Assembly (NCBI GenBank): GCA_963675495.1
Contig: OY776215.1
Location: 2,720,001-2,784,000 of the forward strand
Direction: 5' to 3'
Length of the DNA stretch: 64,000 nt
From: an uncultured Methanolobus sp.
Lineage (GTDB): Archaea > Halobacteriota > Methanosarcinia > Methanosarcinales > Methanosarcinaceae
The position numbers and the translations under genes are program-made. This document shows positions 52,486 through 60,401 of the stretch, piece by piece; within the stretch, counting starts at the first letter, position 1, and each line of letters begins with the position of its first letter. Below the pieces are notes generated by a model, which searched no databases, was not told where the DNA came from, and worked only from the letters and a program-made list of their open reading frames with translations.

Positions 52486-53799
52486 TTATTTTTTAATTCC
52501 AGTGTAACTGGATGATCCAAATCCCAGATCAATGATCTTATTTCTGGAAATCATTATTGAAATGACGTTTTTAGCTCCGTTGATGCTCAATCCTGTCCTT
52601 TCAGCTAGATCTTCAGCATCAAATGAATCCTTTTGCTCGATAAGGGATGAAATTTCATTTTCAAGAGTTACGTAGGTGTCTAAATTGTGCCATACTTTAA
52701 GCTGGTCTGCATGTTCCACGTTTTTATTAAATAGTACTTCGCCTGTTTCAAGATCATAGAGATAGAGAATCAGTCGAGGGTGAATATAATTTTGTGACCA
52801 GACTTTAATGTCATTTTTCCACTCTGAATTCAAAAGACAAATACTTTTATGTTGACCTTTTGGAACTACGTCTGCTTCTCTTTGCACGAACTGCATCATA
52901 GTTCTTACATCCTCAAATGGATGCCAGCAAGTCTCAAACGTGAGGAGGGGTTTCAAAACAGTATCCATTATGCTTCCGGAAATGAATTTCTCGGATTTGT
53001 TTATTTTCCATTTTCTATCTCCGATGTAGTCCCCATTTAGTGATATTTCGGGCTGGCATGCAGAATATTTGTGTTCCAGTACGTTCATGTAATTATAAAG
53101 TCTCGAAAGTACTTCCGTATCGATGCTTTCCTCTGAAGTTCTCTCGATTTGACCTGAAACAAATCTTTCCGAACTCATTGAAGGTGCCAATATATTTTTT
53201 GAGAGTTTTGAAGATCCAGATGATTTTCCTATGGTATCTACCAGGGATGGTGCTGAAGTCTCATCATCAGTTTCAATTGGAATCTGTTTCTTGCCGGAAA
53301 TCAAACGTTCTGAGCTGTTTAATTCCATTTGTTTTAGTTTGAATTCTTTAAGAAGATTCTTGTCTACAATAATGCGCTGCTCAATATCTTTTTTGAAGTT
53401 GTCAAGAAGATCTTCCAACAGAAAAATGTCAATCGTTCCTGTTGAACTGACCAGTGAAGAGAAAATTTCTTTCAATTTGGCAGAGTCCTCCAACAAGTTG
53501 TCTTCTTTCCTGTAAAAATCCTCCAGTGTACCCTCTCTGCCAGAAAACCCATCAAGCTCTTTGTTTTTTATATCTGAAAGAAGCTGGGATACATTTGTCC
53601 TGATATTGCGAAGCTGAAAATTGATCTCTGTAGCTTTTTGTGCATAAGTTCGCTGAATAAGTTTTTCAACAGAGCTATAAACATCGTTCAGGTTCTTGAT
53701 TACAATTTGCCGATTATTCTGTTCCAGAGCTTCGGGGTCTTTTAACACTTCCATCTTAATCTTTTCCTGATTATTTAGACCATAGTCAACTTTGTTCAC
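52486..53799 (-). CDS. Hypothetical protein: N-terminal helical/coiled-coil region, alpha/beta domain, C-terminal winged helix
   Basis: C-terminal FDAEDLAERTGLSINGAKNVISIMISRNKIIDLGFG wHTH-like pattern; start uncertain (GTG 53799 or ATG 53754). Confidence 0.7.
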   Translation of the reverse strand: MNKVDYGLNNQEKIKMEVLKDPEALEQNNRQIVIKNLNDVYSSVEKLIQRTYAQKATEINFQLRNIRTNVSQLLSDIKNKELDGFSGREGTLEDFYRKEDNLLEDSAKLKEIFSSLVSSTGTIDIFLLEDLLDNFKKDIEQRIIVDKNLLKEFKLKQMELNSSERLISGKKQIPIETDDETSAPSLVDTIGKSSGSSKLSKNILAPSMSSERFVSGQIERTSEESIDTEVLSRLYNYMNVLEHKYSACQPEISLNGDYIGDRKWKINKSEKFISGSIMDTVLKPLLTFETCWHPFEDVRTMMQFVQREADVVPKGQHKSICLLNSEWKNDIKVWSQNYIHPRLILYLYDLETGEVLFNKNVEHADQLKVWHNLDTYVTLENEISSLIEQKDSFDAEDLAERTGLSINGAKNVISIMISRNKIIDLGFGSSSYTGIKK

Positions 53800-53865
53800 A
53801 TATAAATTTTTATAACTGTCAATTGGATGTTCTATATTTAATAATTGGGAGGTTAATATACATAT

Positions 53866-55131
53866 TCATACTACCTCGTGTGTTCCAAGGTCAATGGGCT
53901 CTTGCTGGCAAAGAATCTCATTCACCTCAAAGGAGAAATTGAGATTGCCAAGATCTATCTTTCCAGCACTAATCGGTTTTATTGCAAGGGATGTATATGC
54001 CGATGCATGTGGCTGTATTTCAGGTATGCAAGTGCCAGTATTATGACATTCTATAAAGGAAGAGAAGCAGCTATTGAAGCAAACATTGCTGACAATCTCA
54101 TCAGATATGTTCTCTACATAAATACTCAATGTGTTACCAACTTCACAGTATAGTGTTTCGGGGACATTGACCTTTACTTTTACATCAGGGATTCCTATGT
54201 GTTGCTCTCCAAAAGCCACCGGTCCTATCTTGCAATTGTTGCCACCCAAGGTAAATAGAATTTCAAAATATCCAATGTCCAATGTACCTGGAATTGTTGG
54301 CATGACCTGATATGTAACACTATAAGATGAACCAGGAGTCATATTTTTTGTATCTGAAAACGCCGTATCATATTTTAGTCCTTCTGGGAAAGAAGACATT
54401 ATATGCAGATTCGTCAGGTCAACATTTAATGTATTTTTCATTTTAACAGAGATTGTAGAACTATGCCCTAATCGAAGCTCTTCCAGAATCTCAATGTTCA
54501 ATCCAAAGTATGAGTGAACAATGTCAATATTTCCGAAAAATATTGGAGATTTTTGGTGTTTGTTATTGTTAATCTCAAGGTAAAGGTCACAATAGCCTGT
54601 GGATACGTTTCCTGCTAGTAGAGGTATAAAAGAGAAAGACGACGGTACTGAAGACATTGGTTCAAGGTCACCAAGATTCAAAATAGGTTTATCACATCGA
54701 ATAGTTCCCGGGAATACTGCTCTTATCCATATATTCTCTATCCTTTTTTCAGTGGGGTTATTTACCCTGAAGAAAAGCATATTATTAAATCCCAGCTCAG
54801 CAGGTTCTGTAAATTTATATTCCAGGTTTACAGAATCTACAACCTGTAATTCTTTAACTCTTCTTCTTTCAATGCCGACCTTCTTTTCGTATGTCCAGAA
54901 AATGTAGATTATGGTATAAAGAAGAAAAATGTATATCGGTGCACTGGCAACATATACCAGGTCAAGTTTATTGTTAATAGATAGTATGAGACTAACAATA
55001 AGGTATGTGGAAAGCACGATCCATAAGAACGCATATGCCTGGAAAAAAAGTCCAGTCCTGCCCCCTGCTTTGTTCTGAAGCGCATGGGAGAGTGATTTAA
55101 ATATATCCTCCAGAGGTCCAAACTTCATCAA
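53866..55131 (-). CDS. 2-TM membrane protein with three tandem Ig-like beta-sandwich repeats
   Basis: Three repeats with N....i.Ni.....F...i.c..........P...G.i.lG.......n......pi.lG pattern. Confidence 0.75.
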   Translation of the reverse strand: MMKFGPLEDIFKSLSHALQNKAGGRTGLFFQAYAFLWIVLSTYLIVSLILSINNKLDLVYVASAPIYIFLLYTIIYIFWTYEKKVGIERRRVKELQVVDSVNLEYKFTEPAELGFNNMLFFRVNNPTEKRIENIWIRAVFPGTIRCDKPILNLGDLEPMSSVPSSFSFIPLLAGNVSTGYCDLYLEINNNKHQKSPIFFGNIDIVHSYFGLNIEILEELRLGHSSTISVKMKNTLNVDLTNLHIMSSFPEGLKYDTAFSDTKNMTPGSSYSVTYQVMPTIPGTLDIGYFEILFTLGGNNCKIGPVAFGEQHIGIPDVKVKVNVPETLYCEVGNTLSIYVENISDEIVSNVCFNSCFSSFIECHNTGTCIPEIQPHASAYTSLAIKPISAGKIDLGNLNFSFEVNEILCQQEPIDLGTHEVV

Positions 55132-55193
55132 AATCGCCTATCTATGAGTGAATAGTTAGTTTATGGAAGTTTAATTATAAATATATTATTGAA

Positions 55194-56936
55194 TTAATTG
55201 TCTTGTATGGTCTTTGTGCCACATTCACTGCAAAAGTTTGCACCTTGAACTATTTTTGAACCGCATGAAGGACAATAATTAGCCATAAACTCTGATTTTT
55301 GTATCACACTATCCTCCACAACAACATCATCCGTACAATTTCCATTAAGGCCACATGAGTTTAACAGGTTGCTGCGCTGGATTATGGAATCCTTTATGGT
55401 TACATTTACAACCTGCTTAACATTGCTTTTTCCATTCGAATTAGATTTCATCTCCCTGCAAAGTTCGCGACCGAATTCTGCAAGCATGCCTACAAGTGAC
55501 TCTGCGGTTCGTGTTGCACCAAAAAGTTCGATACTCCCAGTCTCTTCAGAAATTGTGATCTTCAGGATAATATCATGATCATTAACCTTTGTCTTGCCAT
55601 AATACCAGGTTTCATAATGATTCCCATCTTTGTTTCTCAAAGTCCTAACATGCCTCACATCATGACGCTGAACCATCTCGCGACATATGTTCATAAGGGT
55701 TGCAGTGTCAAAGTCTGATCTCATTTGGTATACTTTACTATCCCTGAAAGGTAGCGCAGACAAAAGTTCTTTAAGAATTCCTATATTGATATCAGAACCT
55801 GTTTTCATGATCGGGCATGTCACTGCAATTCTTTTTGGTTTCATCTCTGTGTTCAGTAGTTTCCCTTTCGCATCCTTGTAGAATATTCTGCATTTTATCT
55901 CAGAGGACTTCGAACAGATGAGAGGATCAAAATAAATCATAACTGATTTTGAATTGTTGCCTTCTATGCTTCCCAGTAGTAATCTGTCATTTTTTACTGA
56001 GTACATTGGTTCAAATCTGTCTATCCTGAAAAGGTGTTCATCAAAATCAAAATCCAATGCCACATCATTGACCACAAGTGTAGAGATATTGTTGACAGCC
56101 ATTTTTAAGCGGACAAAACCCTGGTAGAACTCGGTTTCCCTGAATACCTGCAGTTGAGTTGTAAATTCTGGAGCATCGCTATTCGCTGCAGGTATATTCT
56201 TTGATACTTCACAAATTCCTATATTAAGAGGTTCCTTATTGTAATAATCTCCATTGATAAGGTATGAAATATAAATTTTACCGAGATCTATATTGTCTGC
56301 GAGCCTTGGATACAGAAAAATAGCAGTATAGCCGGAAGAACCTGCATTTACAACGTCAATACTTACAACGTTTTCTTCACAGCGAACGAGGCGTGAGCAC
56401 TCCGCCCTTATTGAGATGTTGGTTATTGGTATGTCTGAAGGGTTTATTATGGTTATCTTTACTGGGTTTTCTGTTTCTGCTTTCAAAGGTTGTTGTATGT
56501 CTACAACAACATTGACTGCTTCACTTATCCGTTTTTCATGATTGAGTTTATTGGCCCTTTTGATTTCATTTTCAGCATTAGTTTCTTTTATGGTTTTTCG
56601 GATTCTGGAACCTGATCTAAGTGCAACAAGAGGGCAGACAAAAATTGCGATTAAAGGAGCGGGTTCGAATGAAGAGAACACCAAAGCACCGAATATTGCT
56701 ATTATGGCTCCTGCAAAAACTGCATGGGAGAGAATGTTATCTTCATTTTTTCTATTCGTAGAATTTCCGTTAATGGCTTTTGGAATAACATATGCAGTGG
56801 TAGCTGCAAGTACAACCCCTATCATTCCGCCTGCTATAACATGTGGGAATCCTCCTCCGAGGCCAAAGAAGAGGCCTATGTAAATACCTATACGCAGGTT
56901 GTCACGGGGGTCTAAATATGACCATTTAAAAGTCAT
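55194..56936 (-). CDS. Multi-TM protein with Ig-like, coat-appendage-like and zinc-ribbon domains
   Basis: About 4 N-terminal TM helices; beta-sandwich + platform region paralogous to 60402..61919; C-terminal CPSCG..CSECG. Confidence 0.75.
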   Translation of the reverse strand: MTFKWSYLDPRDNLRIGIYIGLFFGLGGGFPHVIAGGMIGVVLAATTAYVIPKAINGNSTNRKNEDNILSHAVFAGAIIAIFGALVFSSFEPAPLIAIFVCPLVALRSGSRIRKTIKETNAENEIKRANKLNHEKRISEAVNVVVDIQQPLKAETENPVKITIINPSDIPITNISIRAECSRLVRCEENVVSIDVVNAGSSGYTAIFLYPRLADNIDLGKIYISYLINGDYYNKEPLNIGICEVSKNIPAANSDAPEFTTQLQVFRETEFYQGFVRLKMAVNNISTLVVNDVALDFDFDEHLFRIDRFEPMYSVKNDRLLLGSIEGNNSKSVMIYFDPLICSKSSEIKCRIFYKDAKGKLLNTEMKPKRIAVTCPIMKTGSDINIGILKELLSALPFRDSKVYQMRSDFDTATLMNICREMVQRHDVRHVRTLRNKDGNHYETWYYGKTKVNDHDIILKITISEETGSIELFGATRTAESLVGMLAEFGRELCREMKSNSNGKSNVKQVVNVTIKDSIIQRSNLLNSCGLNGNCTDDVVVEDSVIQKSEFMANYCPSCGSKIVQGANFCSECGTKTIQDN

Positions 56937-56940
56937 AGAA

Positions 56941-58104
56941 TCACTTTTTCAGCAGTTCGGAAAAAACATCTTCTTCACCGGTCTTCTGGATTGAAGTTCT
57001 GGCTTCTATATACCAGCTGACGATGGAAGGCTTTCTTTTCTGTAATACGGTTTCGAAGTCCCGTAGTTTTATCTTTCTTGGTTCGCCGCCTCTTAAAGCC
57101 TCTCCAAGGGGGATGTCTGCAGCTTCCTTACATATGGCTGCCAGATCTGCACCGGAATAAGAATTTGTGATCGTAGCCAGGTACTTTATATCGAGATCAT
57201 CATCAATGGGCCGCTTTTTCAAATGTATATTTAGAATCGCTATCCTTGCATCCATATCTGGTTCAGGAACAAAGACAAGTTTGCTGAAACGCCCCGGGCG
57301 TCTCAGGGCAGGATCGATGGCCCATGGTTCATTTGTGGCTGCAAGCACCAGAAGATCATCGGAATCAGTATCCACGCCATCCATTTGTGCTAACAGTTCG
57401 TTTACAACTCTCTTTGCATAGTCTTCACTTTCGCTGCGTCTTCCGGCAATGGAATCAATTTCATCAAAAAAGATAATAGACCTGTTTCCCTGACGGGCAA
57501 TGTCAAAGACCTGTTTGACATTCTTTTCCGAAGCACCCACCCATTTACTTACAATACTGCTGGTCTTGACGCTGATGAACTCCGCCCCGCATTCTTTTGC
57601 AGCCGCTTTTGCCATCATGGTCTTGCCACAACCCGGGGGACCATAGAGTAAAATTCCCTCTCCGGCCTTTTGACCGTACATATTGTAGAGTTCCTTATGT
57701 GTGAAAGGGTAGATTATAGCTTTCCGTATTTCCTCTTTTACCTGTTCAAGCCCGCCGATGTCTGGAAAACCAATATCAGGCATTTCTTTGAGAAACACAT
57801 CATCTTTTGAAAGAGAAGACTCATCGTTGCTTCCGGAATTCTTCCTGGTCTGGTTATTCCCGTCAGAAGACAAAACAGCGGAACCTTTTTTTAGTGCCTG
57901 GGCTCTGGCAAACAGATGTTCTGCAAGGTCGCGCTGGGTATTGCGGTCAATAGAATCGCCAGGTATGGTGGAAGCATCATTATAGAGCTTGGCAGCTTTG
58001 AGGTATAATTCACGTGCCCTTTCAGATTCTCCTCTGTCTTCCAGGTCTTTTGCAGCTTTTGCATATCCTCGGGCCTGGGCAGCAAATGTTATGGCTGAGT
58101 TCAA
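56941..58104 (-). CDS. MIT-domain AAA+ ATPase, Vps4/CdvC-like
   Basis: N-terminal three-helix A..A...E..G....A..LY..A MIT pattern; single AAA module with GPPGCGKT, SKWVG, FFDEID and ATNEPW; TTG start. Confidence 0.85.
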   Translation of the reverse strand: MNSAITFAAQARGYAKAAKDLEDRGESERARELYLKAAKLYNDASTIPGDSIDRNTQRDLAEHLFARAQALKKGSAVLSSDGNNQTRKNSGSNDESSLSKDDVFLKEMPDIGFPDIGGLEQVKEEIRKAIIYPFTHKELYNMYGQKAGEGILLYGPPGCGKTMMAKAAAKECGAEFISVKTSSIVSKWVGASEKNVKQVFDIARQGNRSIIFFDEIDSIAGRRSESEDYAKRVVNELLAQMDGVDTDSDDLLVLAATNEPWAIDPALRRPGRFSKLVFVPEPDMDARIAILNIHLKKRPIDDDLDIKYLATITNSYSGADLAAICKEAADIPLGEALRGGEPRKIKLRDFETVLQKRKPSIVSWYIEARTSIQKTGEEDVFSELLKK

Positions 58105-58155
58105 ATACGCACCCCTGATACGAACTTAATACAGTTCAGAAAATAAGATACAGGA

Positions 58156-58725
58156 TTATTCAGTATCTGCCATCTCTGATTCTATCTTCCTGGAAAGTTC
58201 ATCCTTTTCAGGTTCTTCACTTGATAGTTCTGCAAGTAGCTCCGATCTGAGTGAATCCTGCATTTCAGAGAGTTCATTCCCACCACTCATTGCTGCATCC
58301 ATGGAGGATGTCATCATATTTGTTGCCGTGTTCACCTTTTCCATAGAGGTTCTTATGTTTGTTACAGCACCTTCGAGTTTATTGGTATCAAAGCCAAGCT
58401 GTTTCTGCCATTTTCCCAGATCTTCGCCAATTTCAACAACTTCCTTAAGACCGGTTTGCATCTCAATTACATCGGTCATGGATTGTGCCATCTCTACCAT
58501 ACTACTAATGGTGTTGACCTGTCCTTCAACAAGGGAATGTCTTCTCGATGCTACCCTGAACTCTCTGTCGTTTCCATTTGCAAGAGCTTCTTTTGCCTGT
58601 TCCCTGGATTTCTGTTGCTTTTTTATGAGTTCCTTTTCACGGCTTGTGAGTCTTTGCTCTGAAATGCTAAGTTTTGTTTTCAGCTCTTCGGGCGATACCT
58701 TCTTAAATGGATTCTTTAATGCCAT
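58156..58725 (-). CDS. Snf7/ESCRT-III (CdvB/CHMP-like) protein
   Basis: 189 aa, predicted helical, basic N-half and acidic C-half; AKEALANGN hairpin turn; C-terminal DELSRKIESEM; directly upstream of the MIT-AAA gene. Confidence 0.78.
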   Translation of the reverse strand: MALKNPFKKVSPEELKTKLSISEQRLTSREKELIKKQQKSREQAKEALANGNDREFRVASRRHSLVEGQVNTISSMVEMAQSMTDVIEMQTGLKEVVEIGEDLGKWQKQLGFDTNKLEGAVTNIRTSMEKVNTATNMMTSSMDAAMSGGNELSEMQDSLRSELLAELSSEEPEKDELSRKIESEMADTE

Positions 58726-58880
58726 TACAATTCCTCTTCCATTCTTTTCTGCTTTGCATATCGTATACACAGTTTCATAGCTTCAGATTTATTGATAGCT
58801 ATTCCCATTTCTACTAATGTATCCAGATATAGTTTACTGTCTTCTGAGATTCTTGCACTCACCGGGTAAGAATTAGCCAT
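58725..58880 (-). CDS. Ribbon-helix-helix (CopG/Arc-like) regulator, 51 aa, not in ORF track
   Basis: MANSYPVSARISEDSKLYLDTLVEMGIAINKSEAMKLCIRYAKQKRMEEEL; TAATG overlap with the ESCRT-III start. Confidence 0.78.
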   Translation of the reverse strand: MANSYPVSARISEDSKLYLDTLVEMGIAINKSEAMKLCIRYAKQKRMEEEL

Positions 58881-59003
58881 TGTTATTCCAACTTTACGTT
58901 GATTTGTATGCTTATGTATACAATGGAAAACAATATATATAATACTTCCTCAATACCTAAATAGAAGTAAAAATCAAACATTGATAAAAAAGGTGTTAAG
59001 ATT
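58881..59003. promoter_or_regulatory. Divergent promoter region of the ESCRT-like cluster
   Basis: AT-rich spacer with AATATATATAAT near 58932 between divergent starts. Confidence 0.5.
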
Positions 59004-60296
59004 ATGGCATTCAAATGGAAAAGAGAATCAGATGATATTGCCAGGGTGGTTCCTAAAAAAGAGGTTGGGGGTTTTTTCAGTAAAGCAGTGATCCTCTCTC
59101 CGAATGAAAAGGCAGCCATGGTAAAGAATGGAGTTGTTGATAAAATAGTGGATAGCGGCAAATTGCATGTCGGCGGTCTTTTAAAACCAGGTAATGTTGG
59201 AAAAGATGTGGATGTTGCCCTGATGGATACGTCTCCCAAGGATCTGCAATGGACGCAATCCGAACTATGGACCAGGGATAATCAAAAAGTAGCCTGTAGT
59301 GGACTGCTTCGATTCAGGATACAGGAACCAAAACGTTTCTTCCAGATGCTCTACGCCTATACAACACCTGATAAAAAGGGAGTCAGGGCACTTTCCATAC
59401 AGGATGTATATTCTCGTCTTGAAAGTGAAGTGCTCACCCTTGTCCTTGAACCTGAGGTCAGGCAGGAAGACATAGAAAATCTCTATGGTAACAGGGACCT
59501 TCGCCTTAATATAGAGAATGAACTTGAAATGAGGGTCAGGTCCACATTATCTATGTGGGGGTTGGAAATGCTGAAATATACAGCCCAGTGGGAGCTTGGT
59601 TCTTATGGAAAGGTTATGCAGGCGACCAATGATTTCCAGACCAAGGAAGAACTTGCTGAGCTTGATACTCTTGCAACAGAAGGGTATTCTGAACGCAGGG
59701 GAAGGGAAGAAGTTGCAGAAATGCGCGCCGGTCATGCAGCAATTTCAACAGAAAAGGATTTTCAGCGTAATCAAAAACTGGGGGATGTTAAATCTGAGCT
59801 TGAGATCGAAAGGTTGCAACATGAAGCAGACATGCGGGAAGCAAGGGAAGCAATCGGCCTTAAAGAAGAATTAAAACTTGCAAAGGCACGGGGCATGCGA
59901 GTGGAGCTTGAAGTCGAACAGGACATGAAAGACCGTGATCATGGTCGTGATATGGAATACCTGAAACATATTACAGAAGCTGGCGGAACTGATGTTGCAA
60001 AGACTGTGAGTGAGGGTCGCGAATACGGACGTATGTCGCCGGAGCAACTGGAAGCCCTTGCAAAGGTCAAACAGAGTGAAGCTGTTGCAAAGGAAGATAA
60101 GGTTAATTTTATGATGGAAGTTGAGGACAGGGAACGCGCCGATTCATATCGAAGGCAGGAGCTTGATGCTTCTATGATGGGTGCAGCAAAGGGCAAGACT
60201 TCACCCACCGTGAGAAAATGTCCGGGCTGCGGTTCAACAATTCCTTTAGAATCAAGTTTTTGTAGTCAGTGTGGGAAGAAACTTACTGATATTTGA
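59004..60296 (+). CDS. SPFH (band 7/flotillin-like) protein with coiled coil and C-terminal zinc ribbon
   Basis: ILSPNEKAAMVKNG, TRDNQKV...LRFRI..P..F and L..WGLE SPFH pattern; E/A/R-rich coiled coil; CPGCG..CSQCG; no TM. Confidence 0.82.
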   Translation: MAFKWKRESDDIARVVPKKEVGGFFSKAVILSPNEKAAMVKNGVVDKIVDSGKLHVGGLLKPGNVGKDVDVALMDTSPKDLQWTQSELWTRDNQKVACSGLLRFRIQEPKRFFQMLYAYTTPDKKGVRALSIQDVYSRLESEVLTLVLEPEVRQEDIENLYGNRDLRLNIENELEMRVRSTLSMWGLEMLKYTAQWELGSYGKVMQATNDFQTKEELAELDTLATEGYSERRGREEVAEMRAGHAAISTEKDFQRNQKLGDVKSELEIERLQHEADMREAREAIGLKEELKLAKARGMRVELEVEQDMKDRDHGRDMEYLKHITEAGGTDVAKTVSEGREYGRMSPEQLEALAKVKQSEAVAKEDKVNFMMEVEDRERADSYRRQELDASMMGAAKGKTSPTVRKCPGCGSTIPLESSFCSQCGKKLTDI

Positions 60297-60401
60297 TACG
60301 AATTGTATGAACTTAGTTCATACTTCCTTTTTTAAGCGAAGACTAAATATCACTATGGCTAAAACAGTAAAACGGTAATATGGAAAGATAAAGGTGAAAT
60401 A

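Noticed and set aside
56941-58104. Calling the AAA ATPase Cdc48 or PAN
   Set aside because: It has a single AAA module, an MIT-like N-terminus rather than an N-domain or coiled-coil/OB domain, no HbYX tail, and an adjacent Snf7-like gene
58156-58725. Calling the locus a Cdv cell-division operon
   Set aside because: No CdvA-like gene is recognisable, this lineage is known to use FtsZ, and the context looks accessory
58726-58770. ORF-track N-terminal extension of the Snf7-like protein (MYTICK...)
   Set aside because: It overlaps the RHH gene; the RBS and TAATG coupling support a start at 58725
58883-59239. 118-aa minus-strand ORF and the many similar antisense/shadow ORFs in the track
   Set aside because: They overlap well-supported genes on the other strand or frame and carry no motifs
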